A DNA stretch of 64,000 nucleotides, from UHGV virus genome UHGV-1366919; one strand, given 5' to 3'. The notes below the pieces were generated by a model. The model was not told where the DNA came from, did no database searches, and worked only from the letters and a program-made list of their open reading frames with translations. Shown here piece by piece: positions 54,684 to 64,000 of the stretch (position 1 is the first letter of the stretch; each line of letters begins with the position of its first letter). Source of the DNA: a virus. The position numbers and the translations under genes were made by a program.

Positions 54684-56912
54684 TTGCTAATACAGGCAAT
54701 TATCATGGCAGAAGCTCTTGAAATAAAACTTCCACAGTCTTTCTTTGATGCTCTTGAAGAAATTAAAGAAAGTTCTGAAGAAAGAAATGACAATAGAAGT
54801 GATTCAGACTTTTATGCCAAAAATATTTTAAATGGTGGAAATATTCAAAAAGTTGCTCCAACTTTTACAAGTCAATTAGCTAAAGGTTATGAAGATATTG
54901 GTGCCGCTATTTTTAAAGGCGGTACTAAAATCTTTTTTGAATATTGGGATAAGATTAAAAAACAAGAGGAATATAAAAAAGTAGATAAATCTCCTGCAAA
55001 ACAAATCAATCCCATCATCAATGTTAATCTTCCAAAGGAAAAAGTTCCTAAATTACCTCCGACTGGGTCATTGTCTGATCTTGCTCTTTTAGCCCTTTTA
55101 TTATTGGGATTAGCTGGAAGAACTGGTCCTCTTGGACAAATTGTTGAGTCTATTGCTTATCTCCCTGAAGCTTTAAGGGGATTAGTAGGAGCTAAATGGG
55201 TTAAAAGTATTATTGAAAAAATTAAAGAGCCTCTTAAAGCTTTTAAAAATGGCTTAAAAGCTATTCCTAAATTTTTTGAAAGTTTTGGTAAGTTAGGAAA
55301 CTTTATTGGTAAAACTATTAGTAGGCTGGGTAAAATCACTGGAAATATTTTTTCATTATTGGGAAAAACCGGAATAGGTATTATTACTAAAACAGTTGGG
55401 CCCTTCTTAAAAAAGCTTCCTTTAATCGGAACAGTAATGTCATTATATCAGGCTTATCTTCGATATAATGAAGGAAACTATAGCCAGGCAATTATGGAAT
55501 TATTTGCCGGGATTTTACCATTCTTCGGACCGGTTGGTGCCGGGGTAGCAATAGGTATTAATGTACTTCAAATGCTTTGGGATGGTAATGTTGGGGGAAG
55601 CGGAGTTGCAAAAGCCGCATTAAAGGGTGGAGCAACACTTGCTCGGAATTTTATATCGATGTTTCCGAAAACCCTTGTCAAGCTATTAAAGCCAGTAAGT
55701 ACCGCACTTAGAAGAATTCCAATTTTTGGTGGCTTAATAGGTCTTGGATTTGCTATTAATGATTTTAAAAATGGCAATAATTTATCCGGAGCATTAAATT
55801 TAGTCTCAGGTATTGCAACATTTCTTGACTTATTAATTCCTGGTTTGGGAACAGGTATTGCTATTGGAATAGATGCAATAAATTATTGGGTTAATAATAC
55901 TGAAAGTGGTAAAAATTTTACCAATAATACTTCTGATTGGTTGGGAAAAGCCTGGACTTGGATGAAAGATCTTTCCAAATATATCTGGGATGGTATTTTA
56001 GCTGGCTATAAATGGCTCGAAGATATTTTAGGAAAAGCCTGGCAAGGTATTAAATCTTTCTTTAATGATATTATTAATTGGTATAAAGACGCATTTAAAA
56101 TTATCGGTAAGAAATTAGATGATACCTGGAATTTTATTTTAGGTTCCGTTAAAAAATCTATTTCTAATACTATTGATACTGTTAAAAGCGGATTTGATAG
56201 AATAACTGAAACTTTTAATACTGTTAAAGGTTTTGTTAATGATAAAATTATTAAGCCGTTTAAATCTTTAGTAAATCATGTTCTTATTCCTGTTCTTAAA
56301 CTTAAGGATAAGATTATGGGAACTAGTACAGCTGAAGAATATCAAAAAAGCTTAAATCAATTTTCTGCTGAAATTAAGTCTGTCTCTGATTTAGATACTC
56401 AACAATTAAGAGCTTTGCAAATTGCTCGAGCCGAAGCTTTTAAAAAGTTTGGTACCGATTCGTTAAACGATTCTTCCAAGAAATATAAAGAAGCAATGGA
56501 GTATATTAAAGCCAGACAGGCTGAGCTTAATAATACTTCTGCTGATAGTCTTAGTAAGATTCAATCTGATTTAGAAAAAAGTTCTACCACTACTGTTATT
56601 GATAAACGCTTGGAAAAAGCTAATGTTAATACAAAGATTGAATTAGAAAATACCAAAACAACTTTAGATGCTCAAAAGATTTCTCTTCAAGAAGCTTTAA
56701 AGAAAAACAACCTGCAAACTAATAACATTGCTACTGACCAAGCTACATATATGAATAAACTTCTTTCGGGAATTGACCGTTTAATTGATACGGTCAAGGA
56801 TAAACCTGTTGCTTTTGCTAATCTTAATATGCCTCAGGTAAATGTTAATAATATAGGTAATGGAGGTTCTTATCAAGGAGCTTCCGATCCTAGATATGGA
56901 TATAGGTATTAA
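54684..56912 (+). CDS. tail tape-measure protein
   Basis: 742 aa. Central Gly-rich hydrophobic segments (GLAGRTGPLGQIVE..., GPVGAGVAIGINV..., GLGTGIAIGIDA). C-terminal coiled coil. Likely true start at the internal ATG (MAEALEIKL). Confidence 0.6.
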   Translation: MLIQAIIMAEALEIKLPQSFFDALEEIKESSEERNDNRSDSDFYAKNILNGGNIQKVAPTFTSQLAKGYEDIGAAIFKGGTKIFFEYWDKIKKQEEYKKVDKSPAKQINPIINVNLPKEKVPKLPPTGSLSDLALLALLLLGLAGRTGPLGQIVESIAYLPEALRGLVGAKWVKSIIEKIKEPLKAFKNGLKAIPKFFESFGKLGNFIGKTISRLGKITGNIFSLLGKTGIGIITKTVGPFLKKLPLIGTVMSLYQAYLRYNEGNYSQAIMELFAGILPFFGPVGAGVAIGINVLQMLWDGNVGGSGVAKAALKGGATLARNFISMFPKTLVKLLKPVSTALRRIPIFGGLIGLGFAINDFKNGNNLSGALNLVSGIATFLDLLIPGLGTGIAIGIDAINYWVNNTESGKNFTNNTSDWLGKAWTWMKDLSKYIWDGILAGYKWLEDILGKAWQGIKSFFNDIINWYKDAFKIIGKKLDDTWNFILGSVKKSISNTIDTVKSGFDRITETFNTVKGFVNDKIIKPFKSLVNHVLIPVLKLKDKIMGTSTAEEYQKSLNQFSAEIKSVSDLDTQQLRALQIARAEAFKKFGTDSLNDSSKKYKEAMEYIKARQAELNNTSADSLSKIQSDLEKSSTTTVIDKRLEKANVNTKIELENTKTTLDAQKISLQEALKKNNLQTNNIATDQATYMNKLLSGIDRLIDTVKDKPVAFANLNMPQVNVNNIGNGGSYQGASDPRYGYRY

Positions 56913-56914
56913 TT

Positions 56915-58147
56915 ATGGCCCTTACACCTCAAGAAGAAGCTGGAATTCGTGAAAGAGCTGCCATTGCAGTAGCCGAGGCAGAAGCAGCAAAAGAAAAAGC
57001 AGCTAAGTCAAAAACTCAGGCTGCTGCAAATACTATCCCAAAAACATCTAATGGGGTACAAGAAAAAAATTCAGCTCGGTATTCTCAAATGGAGAATACT
57101 TATAATGAACTTCTTTCAAATGTTACTTCTGATGTTAAAAATGATATTAAGAATGGAGATATTGTTAATATTTTAAAGGATTATGACTGGATTGTCAATA
57201 AGGCAAAAACAGAAGATCTTTTACCGTGTGCCTATGTTAGAGAATTTCGCCAAAATGTCTCTACATTTGCAATGTCCATGAAATGGCTGCTAAACAATGT
57301 TTCAACAGGATTTATTGATACTTTTGCTAAAGTTGTCGGGCAATTTAGCGAAGCTGGAGGAGAAGCTTTAAAAAAAATAGGAAATAGTTTAGGAGATGCT
57401 GTATCAAATGCAACTTCCAGTACAAATATCTATAATACTATTGTTACAGGAAATAATCATCTGAGTCCATATGAAAATATGTATTCGTATGATACTACTA
57501 ATTGTTTAAAATATGTATTTCCATATTTTGATAATGATTATATCAGTCTTTCTAATTCATTTTCTGATTCTCCTCAAACTAGATCATGGTTTCAGACATC
57601 TTTAGCAAATAACCTTGATGTTATTGCTGGTATTTCTGGTAATCTGCAAGGAGCTTCTAATGTCGGTGATATGATCGGTAATATGCTCAATAAAGATAAT
57701 AGCTTTACTTGGTCAAATGACGGAATTTATCTTGAAAAACCAAAATATTTCCAATATGAAAGCTCTCAGGATGCAGTAGCTATTAATTTTATTCTTTATA
57801 ATACGGTTAATCATGGAGGTTTAGAAGATACTGCTTGGAAGAAAAATTATCGATTTATCAAGAATATTGCTCTTAAAAATCTTCCATACAGGTTAGATGC
57901 TTTCAAATATAAAACTCCAGCTCTCTATGAAGTGTCAGTTCCGGGAACAAAATATTTCCCAGTCTCTTTTGTCTCTAAATTAGAAGTTAAAAATTTAGGT
58001 ACAAGAAGATTTCTCCAATATAAAAGTAATCAAAAAGTATTAGTTCCGGACGCCTGGCAAATAACTATTGTTTTTCAATCATTATTGTATAAATCAGCTA
58101 ACCTTTATGCAACAGCATTAGAAAAAGGTCCAACTATCATAAAGTAA
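56915..58147 (+). CDS. putative baseplate/distal tail protein
   Basis: 410 aa, immediately after tape measure. Confidence 0.4.
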   Translation: MALTPQEEAGIRERAAIAVAEAEAAKEKAAKSKTQAAANTIPKTSNGVQEKNSARYSQMENTYNELLSNVTSDVKNDIKNGDIVNILKDYDWIVNKAKTEDLLPCAYVREFRQNVSTFAMSMKWLLNNVSTGFIDTFAKVVGQFSEAGGEALKKIGNSLGDAVSNATSSTNIYNTIVTGNNHLSPYENMYSYDTTNCLKYVFPYFDNDYISLSNSFSDSPQTRSWFQTSLANNLDVIAGISGNLQGASNVGDMIGNMLNKDNSFTWSNDGIYLEKPKYFQYESSQDAVAINFILYNTVNHGGLEDTAWKKNYRFIKNIALKNLPYRLDAFKYKTPALYEVSVPGTKYFPVSFVSKLEVKNLGTRRFLQYKSNQKVLVPDAWQITIVFQSLLYKSANLYATALEKGPTIIK

Positions 58148-58150
58148 ACC

Positions 58151-58462
58151 ATGTTATATTCTTCAATTTTTAATACATATTATACTCAGGATAATGTACC
58201 TTTTTATAATATTCTGAAGAAAATTCAGTTGCCTGAAGACAAGACAAGTGAATTATATACGACATATATTGTTCCTTACAGCATGCCCTGGACAACATTA
58301 AGTTATCTAATTTATGGCGATTTAACTTATTATTGGTTAATTTTATTGGCAAATACTAATAAAAAATTAAATCCAATGTATGCCAGTGTAAGCGATAAGA
58401 TTTTTATTGTTAAACCCGAATATCTGTCAATGGTTGTTGAAGCTATTGAAAATGAAATATGA
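58151..58462 (+). CDS. hypothetical baseplate-module protein
   Basis: 103 aa, overlapping the next gene by 4 nt. Confidence 0.35.
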   Translation: MLYSSIFNTYYTQDNVPFYNILKKIQLPEDKTSELYTTYIVPYSMPWTTLSYLIYGDLTYYWLILLANTNKKLNPMYASVSDKIFIVKPEYLSMVVEAIENEI

Positions 58463-60057
58463 GAATTATTAAGTCAAATCCTAATATCATAGAAAATATT
58501 GAAATTCAGACCATTAACGGGGCTGATTACAGGATTGGTTTATTCTTTGAGTCGAAAGATGATAAAAATGCTTTCATGGTAATTCCATGGGGGATTATTA
58601 ATAGTTTTACCTATGCAGATGATATTCGTAATGTTGGATTAACTGGGGAAATTATTCTTGATAATATTTCTAATGTTTTTGATCCAATTCTTAATAATAC
58701 TGATAAATTTTATTTGGGATTTTATTCTTATAATACCTATACAAATTATGAAGAAAATGTTTATTTTAGCATTTTCTCTTCATCAATGATTGGCAATAAA
58801 ACATCTTCTACTTCTTCTATCTATTCTTTAAAAATTGAAGAAGCTTTTATGGTAGAAGGAGCTAATAGAAATCTTAGTACTTTAAGTTTGGCTAATGGAG
58901 GGTCAAATCTTACGACAACTCCCGCTCCTATTAGAACTACTGATAATCTTCAAATTACTACGCCGGTTCCTAAAGCTGAAATAACATCTACCACTCTTGA
59001 AGATTTAATTGAATTTGCTTATGACTTTTTGTTATTAGATTTAAAAATTGCAGAAAGCGGAGAATCTACAAATAGTTTATATACGGTTGCATCTAAATCA
59101 ACTCCCAGAATTATTGATGTAGATAAACATTCATTTGAATATTTTAAATCTAATTGTCCTTCTGGACAAATTGGAGAAGCGATTTATAAAAATATTGATG
59201 ATACTACATCTGTTACAATACTGCTTAATACTATTAACAAGAACGTTTACTTTCCAAAAGCTATTGAGCATGATGGAGGAAAAACTACCAAAGTAGACCT
59301 GTTAATTGGAGATGTCGGCACAGCTCGTTCTGAAAATTTATCTTTTATTAAAACAAATAATAAAAACATTTATAAAAATGATGTTTTGTTTGGAGAACGA
59401 AAAATAACTATTCGTAATATTAAAGATACTTTTACCGCCTGTTTTCAGGATAATCAAATTTATGAAGCAATAATTAACCAGACAGATAGGACCGTTCCAA
59501 ATGATATTGCAAAACCTGCTTTCTATAGTCCGTCATTTATCTATAATGTTCAGACATTTCCGGTCACTACCATTTTGATTAATAATGAATGGTGTGATTG
59601 TGTAGTGGCTCCAATTAACCAACCTGATACGTTTTCAACTACCCTTTATAAGTTTAATGATCTGGTTGAAACATTTGAGAAGGAATATCTCCATCAAAAA
59701 ACAAAATCTAATATTTCTATTTCAACTGCCGAAAGTCGGGGAATTACTAGAAAAGTACCTCCCTTTAATGATAATAATGTAAATTTTGCAGTATCAGCAA
59801 GACTCATTAGAACAATGTTTACAATGAATAAGTCTATTCAATTATCATTACCGGGCAATTCATATCGAAAGGCAAATGAAATCATTTATGTCGATAAAAA
59901 TTTAGTTTCAGCAAATAATGATAAAAATGGTACACAAACAATTTTTTCTAATTTAATTGAGAGTAACTATTATTTTGTTACTCGAGTTGTTCATACCTTT
60001 AAAGGCCAACAATATAGTAATGAACTATTTCTAAGCTCTTTCTGTAATCCTCTATAA
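58459..60057 (+). CDS. putative baseplate protein
   Basis: 532 aa. Confidence 0.4.
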   Translation: MRIIKSNPNIIENIEIQTINGADYRIGLFFESKDDKNAFMVIPWGIINSFTYADDIRNVGLTGEIILDNISNVFDPILNNTDKFYLGFYSYNTYTNYEENVYFSIFSSSMIGNKTSSTSSIYSLKIEEAFMVEGANRNLSTLSLANGGSNLTTTPAPIRTTDNLQITTPVPKAEITSTTLEDLIEFAYDFLLLDLKIAESGESTNSLYTVASKSTPRIIDVDKHSFEYFKSNCPSGQIGEAIYKNIDDTTSVTILLNTINKNVYFPKAIEHDGGKTTKVDLLIGDVGTARSENLSFIKTNNKNIYKNDVLFGERKITIRNIKDTFTACFQDNQIYEAIINQTDRTVPNDIAKPAFYSPSFIYNVQTFPVTTILINNEWCDCVVAPINQPDTFSTTLYKFNDLVETFEKEYLHQKTKSNISISTAESRGITRKVPPFNDNNVNFAVSARLIRTMFTMNKSIQLSLPGNSYRKANEIIYVDKNLVSANNDKNGTQTIFSNLIESNYYFVTRVVHTFKGQQYSNELFLSSFCNPL

Positions 60058-60063
60058 AGCAAC

Positions 60064-61734
60064 ATGTTCATTTATAAGCTAAATTCAATCGAAAAATTAT
60101 TAACCGTAGCTAAAAATCGGGAATATGTACAAAATAATCCTGAACTTTGTAAGCTGCTTGAAAATCCTTTAATTAAGGATGATACTGAATTAGCTATTCA
60201 TTATAATGAATATAAGTTGAATTATCCTAATTCAGCTAAAAAGTTTGTAGATTATTTTTATATGCACGGGCCTGAACTTGATGTTGGGTCCTTGGATGAA
60301 TGGCGTACCATTATTCAAAATGATCCTGAACTTTTAGAGGAAGCAAATAAGAATGATTGTCGAATTGACGAGATTTGGGCTGAAAAACAAGCAGATAAAG
60401 AAAAGAATTATTCTTGGTCAACATTAGCAGATTTATATGACTGCTTATCTAAGCCATGTCAATATACTAATATGATTTCTCCTTCTATTGGTACAATTGG
60501 AGATAATCAGCCAAAATATAATCTTAAAAATACAAGTGGTTCTGATGAAGCAACTACTTTATTAGGTATTCCGGCATATATGATTAATAAAATGCCCCGG
60601 TATTTGCTTCAAGGTATTACCCAGTTAACTGACATGATTTCTTTGCAGTCTTCTGATATTTTTAATAAGATATTAGGCAGTAAAAAAGCTGTTAAAGAGG
60701 ACCCATATATTCTTAAAGATGTTGAAACTATTGGAGGAGACGTACTTGGTACTATTGCTTCAAGGATGGGTGATTGCTTCCGTCTTTATGAATATAAAAG
60801 ACGTTATAACCCATATGATTATGAACAAAATATGACCAGATCTGACCGATTTGGTACAGTAGTTTATGATGAGAATGGTAATCCCCATGTAAAAACACCA
60901 AATGGCAATAGTATGGAAAGTAAAACTGCCATTTTCTCGGATAATAGTCGTCTTAATCCAAATGTGAGCATAAACGATATTCGATTAAAAAATATTGGAG
61001 AAGTATCTCAGGATAATACTCTTCCAATAAAAATTACTGCTTATAATCCTATCTTTCTTCCGGACGGGCGTTATTATATTGATGCTAATACTTCTAATTA
61101 TGATAATGTTGGAATAGTCAGTGGAACTAATGAATCTGGAGTACGTCTTTTGCCGAATAGTGCATCTGGTATTGAACAATTGTCTAAAGAAAATAAAATA
61201 CTTCACGTCGGGTGTGCAACGCGTCCTAGAGATGTGATAAAATATTATCAGGCTTTTCTTATTAAAAATTATCCAAATCTTTCTCTTCCAAAGAACTTCT
61301 CAACATTAGTATCAAGAGCAATCAAATATTCTGATTTAAATGTTGTTCTTTTCTTCCCTAATGGACAACGTGTACTTCCAGTTTTTGATACTGGTGGTGG
61401 CCAACCTGAATCTCCTTGGATTGATATAACTGCCCAATATTTCTTTACTAAAGAAGGATGGGGGTTAGCTACACTCTATGATTCTTCCGGTAAAGCTATA
61501 ACAAGCGATGCCAATAATCCGATGCCAGAATTATTGGCATCTTCTGAACTTTCTAAAGCTAAGATTCAGCCTTATAAAATTAAGGCAATGAAGATTAACG
61601 GTGCTCCTAATAATAATGGGATAATTAACGGAAAATATTTCTTTTCTGAAAGTTTCTGTCAAACTAATGGATTAGATCCTCAAGTATATGCTCAAGTTGA
61701 TCAGGGAGCTCGCTTGGCTGGACTTCAAACTTAA
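60064..61734 (+). CDS. putative baseplate/tail protein
   Basis: 556 aa. Confidence 0.4.
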   Translation: MFIYKLNSIEKLLTVAKNREYVQNNPELCKLLENPLIKDDTELAIHYNEYKLNYPNSAKKFVDYFYMHGPELDVGSLDEWRTIIQNDPELLEEANKNDCRIDEIWAEKQADKEKNYSWSTLADLYDCLSKPCQYTNMISPSIGTIGDNQPKYNLKNTSGSDEATTLLGIPAYMINKMPRYLLQGITQLTDMISLQSSDIFNKILGSKKAVKEDPYILKDVETIGGDVLGTIASRMGDCFRLYEYKRRYNPYDYEQNMTRSDRFGTVVYDENGNPHVKTPNGNSMESKTAIFSDNSRLNPNVSINDIRLKNIGEVSQDNTLPIKITAYNPIFLPDGRYYIDANTSNYDNVGIVSGTNESGVRLLPNSASGIEQLSKENKILHVGCATRPRDVIKYYQAFLIKNYPNLSLPKNFSTLVSRAIKYSDLNVVLFFPNGQRVLPVFDTGGGQPESPWIDITAQYFFTKEGWGLATLYDSSGKAITSDANNPMPELLASSELSKAKIQPYKIKAMKINGAPNNNGIINGKYFFSESFCQTNGLDPQVYAQVDQGARLAGLQT

Positions 61735-61770
61735 TATAGTCATCTATTATCAAATTAAAAAGAGGAAAAT

Positions 61771-62268
61771 TTATTCATCTTCCTCTTTTTCTTCATTTTC
61801 AGGAGTTACTGTCCTTATTTCAGGAATAATATCATCGTCCAATAACTTCATAACTTCTTCTCGTGTCATTGGGGGACGAGTCATAGACATATTAATCTGT
61901 TGAAGCTTAGCCGCCTGTTTAAATTCTTCAAGTTCTTTTGCTTGTTTTAATTTTTCATTATTAAGAAAGATCTTTGTTAAATTTTCTACTGCTTTAGTCT
62001 TAGAACCAATCATTTCTGCAACAGATGTAATTAATTCTGCATCAGGAGTAGATCTAATTTGCTGCAGTAAAACATTAATAATATCTTGAGTAGTAGATAC
62101 AGTTTCTACACCACTTTTAATAATGTAATCTTCCAATTGTTCCCTATCTAAATGTTCAATTTCTTGATTTTCAATTTTAGCTGGAACTAAACTAGGTTGA
62201 GCTGATTCTTTGGATAATTCATCCAGAATCATTTGTAAAGAATCATCAGCATAATCTTGATTTAACAT
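61771..62268 (-). CDS. acidic hypothetical protein
   Basis: 165 aa, ends EEKEEDE. Confidence 0.4.
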   Translation of the reverse strand: MLNQDYADDSLQMILDELSKESAQPSLVPAKIENQEIEHLDREQLEDYIIKSGVETVSTTQDIINVLLQQIRSTPDAELITSVAEMIGSKTKAVENLTKIFLNNEKLKQAKELEEFKQAAKLQQINMSMTRPPMTREEVMKLLDDDIIPEIRTVTPENEEKEEDE

Positions 62269-62281
62269 TATTGATAGTTAA

Positions 62282-62299
62282 TAGTGCACCTTTTAAAAT
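62282..62299 (+). promoter_or_regulatory. conserved upstream motif about 45 nt 5' of clamp-loader gene
   Basis: tagtgcaccttttaaaat. Confidence 0.4.
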
Positions 62300-62343
62300 T
62301 AAGAAATTAATTACAAATCTATTAAAAGAATATATTATAAATT

Positions 62344-63303
62344 ATGGAGGATATAGATTATACTGATGATATTTTTGACAATCTTTGGATTAAAAAATAT
62401 GCGCCAAAAAGTATTAGTGAAATGGTTCTTTCTGAAGAAAATAGAACCAAGGTAGAGGGATATATTAGAGATAATGATATTCCTTCATTATTATTTTGCG
62501 GTAAACCTGGTCAAGGTAAGACTACTTTAGCCACTCTTCTTTGTAAAGAAATTGATGCAACTACATTAATGATTAATGCCAGTTTTGATAATGGTATTGA
62601 TGTAATTCGCGGACGAATTAATAATTTTGTCCAAACAATGTCACCAACTGGCTCATTAAAGGTTGTTATTCTCGATGAAGCTGATCGTTTGTCTCCTTCT
62701 TCCCAAGATGCCCTTAGGGGAATGATTGAAGATAATGCGGAACATACTCGTTTTATTTTAACCGCAAACGAACAGGCGAGAATTTCTGATGCTTTGCAAT
62801 CTCGTTGTATTTCTTTGAATATTACTCCTCCGAAAGCAGGATTTGCACAATATGTGATGGGAATCCTTAAAAAAGAACGAGTAGTCGTCCCTAAAGAACA
62901 TTTTTCTGGATTAAAAACTGTTTTAGAGCAGTATTATCCAGATCTTCGTAAAACAATTGGTATTATTCAATCTAATATTACCAATAATACTCTTATCATT
63001 GAAAACAAACTTATCAATAATGAATTCATTAAAAGCATTTATGAAAAGTTTGATGAAATGAATCCTATCGATCTTCGTGAAGTATGGATAAAATCTGAAA
63101 ATGAATTTCAAGGAGATTATGTTTATCTTCTTAAAAGCTTCCATGAATTTATCTATAAAAAAGATGATATTAGTCCGAATGAACGAGCTAATATCATCTT
63201 AGAGATTGCGAACGGTCTGCGAGATAGTGTATTTGTAATAGATCAGGAAATTAACTTTTATGCGACCATTCTCAGAATTTTAAAGCAACTTGGAAAGTTT
63301 TAA
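62344..63303 (+). CDS. sliding-clamp loader AAA+ subunit (gp44-like)
   Basis: 319 aa (T4 gp44 is also 319 aa). LLFCGKPGQGKTTLATLLC, VVILDEADRLS, FILTANE, SRC (SRC arginine finger). Aligns with T4 gp44 HIILHSPSPGTGKTTVAKALC...VIVIDEFDRSG...IIITANN...SRC. Confidence 0.8.
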   Translation: MEDIDYTDDIFDNLWIKKYAPKSISEMVLSEENRTKVEGYIRDNDIPSLLFCGKPGQGKTTLATLLCKEIDATTLMINASFDNGIDVIRGRINNFVQTMSPTGSLKVVILDEADRLSPSSQDALRGMIEDNAEHTRFILTANEQARISDALQSRCISLNITPPKAGFAQYVMGILKKERVVVPKEHFSGLKTVLEQYYPDLRKTIGIIQSNITNNTLIIENKLINNEFIKSIYEKFDEMNPIDLREVWIKSENEFQGDYVYLLKSFHEFIYKKDDISPNERANIILEIANGLRDSVFVIDQEINFYATILRILKQLGKF

Positions 63304-63923
63304 GCTTTAGCTTTTGTATCTACTTTGCCTCTAAGCTCCATCTTAGATTTGATAGCCTTTTTAGGATCAATCTCAGTTGGAGCTTTTTCATTTCCTAATT
63401 TATTATCTTTGACAGGCATTTTATGAACAGGCTGTTTGGTAGGAACTGCTTTTACATCTTCGCCTTCTTCATCTTCGGTATCTACCACTTCATGAACGTC
63501 AGGTTCATTAGAATAGGTAAATTTACGATTTGCTGGAATAGTATCGGGAAGATTAATACCGTCATTATTAATTCGTTCAATTTCCTTAATCATTGGGCCC
63601 GGGAGAGTAAGAACAGTCAAATAACGGCCTCCCCCTCCGTCTAAGCCAATATCGAAAGACATTGGAATAGCTTCTGGAGATCCTTGTACAAATGGAGTCT
63701 GATTAATGGAAACAATTTTAACAATAGCATCTCCATTTCTTTGTTGATTAATAATATCCTGAAGAATTTCCTTTTCAGTTACAGGAAGATTCTTAAAAAT
63801 TTCACTTTTTTCAATCGAATCTAAGAATCTGATTTGATCGCCAACTAAGAAGCTACCTAAGCGGTAACGAGTCATTAACGATTCAAATAGAACATCTAGT
63901 TTAGAGTCTTTAAGCATAAGCAT
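63300..63923 (-). CDS. hypothetical protein
   Basis: 207 aa. Confidence 0.4.
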   Translation of the reverse strand: MLMLKDSKLDVLFESLMTRYRLGSFLVGDQIRFLDSIEKSEIFKNLPVTEKEILQDIINQQRNGDAIVKIVSINQTPFVQGSPEAIPMSFDIGLDGGGGRYLTVLTLPGPMIKEIERINNDGINLPDTIPANRKFTYSNEPDVHEVVDTEDEEGEDVKAVPTKQPVHKMPVKDNKLGNEKAPTEIDPKKAIKSKMELRGKVDTKAKA

Positions 63924-64000
63924 ATTTAATGTCCATTAAATAAATGAGACGTGGCCAATATTAAGTTATCAAACTTAGCCAAGACTTTTGAAGATAAAAC

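Noticed and set aside
62282-62299. Assigning the motif at 62282 to the minus-strand gene 61771..62268
   Set aside because: On the + strand it reads GCACCTTTTAAAAT, the gene-oriented form of the motif, 45 nt upstream of the + strand clamp-loader gene. On the minus strand it would be the AAGGTG form, which is not what the other copies show.
2207-63644. About 60 short ORFs in the track lying antisense to, or fully inside, longer ORFs (for example 2207..2392, 8301..8972, 12366..12761, 15904..16305, 40860..41351, 46300..46536, 55568..55777, 63423..63644)
   Set aside because: They are embedded in the opposite strand of well-supported genes such as rIIB, GroEL, SPFH, the sheath and the tape measure. 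They have low-complexity, AT-codon-driven compositions and no motifs. They are typical spurious ORFs in about 30% GC DNA.
1-64000. Assuming T4 gene order to predict portal and major capsid genes near the sheath gene
   Set aside because: Synteny is clearly not T4-like. terL is followed by fibre-like genes rather than gp18, and a HEG and an acidic ORF lie between sheath and tube. None of the ORFs has recognisable gp20 or gp23 signatures, so the portal and major capsid genes are probably outside this window.

Overview
This AT-rich window reads as part of a tailed double-stranded DNA phage (myovirus-type) genome that shares hallmark genes with T4 but not T4 gene order.

The T4-like genes recognisable by direct alignment from memory are:
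- rIIA (9014..11371) and rIIB (7842..9002)
- a gp17-type large terminase (36887..39272)
- a gp18-type tail sheath (45359..48205) and a probable tail tube (51431..51997)
- a gp44-type clamp loader (62344..63303)
- the frd-td pair (27659..28207, 26706..27635)
- an ATP-dependent DNA ligase, a thioredoxin, a MazG pyrophosphohydrolase, a holin-amidase lysis cassette, a tape-measure protein and a baseplate block

The features that stand out:
- Six paralogous free-standing homing-endonuclease-like genes occupy about 11% of the window. Each has N-terminal zinc-ribbon-like repeats and a C-terminal restriction-endonuclease-like module.
- Two of these genes are flanked by direct repeats in which the last 26-29 bp of the endonuclease ORF duplicate the sequence just upstream of its own start codon.
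- A full-length phage GroEL chaperonin sits between two of these endonuclease genes, with no GroES recognised.
- The large terminase carries a mini-intein exactly in its Walker-A P-loop, and the intein itself is broken by a 1-nt frameshift in an A-run.
- A conserved about 12-nt motif (TTAAnCACCTTT on the coding strand) lies 25-80 nt upstream of at least 11 genes.
- A membrane-stress-like module (SPFH/band-7, PspA/IM30-like, macro domain, thioredoxin) is co-located in one minus-strand block.
- Three tandem paralogs share an N-terminal FETNSSS(x)H motif of unknown function.
- A GT25 glycosyltransferase is interrupted by an in-frame TAA.

No CRISPR arrays, tRNAs or rRNAs were seen. Gene calls use the supplied ORF-track coordinates. 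Coordinates of hairpins and motifs were counted by hand and may be off by 1-2 nt.
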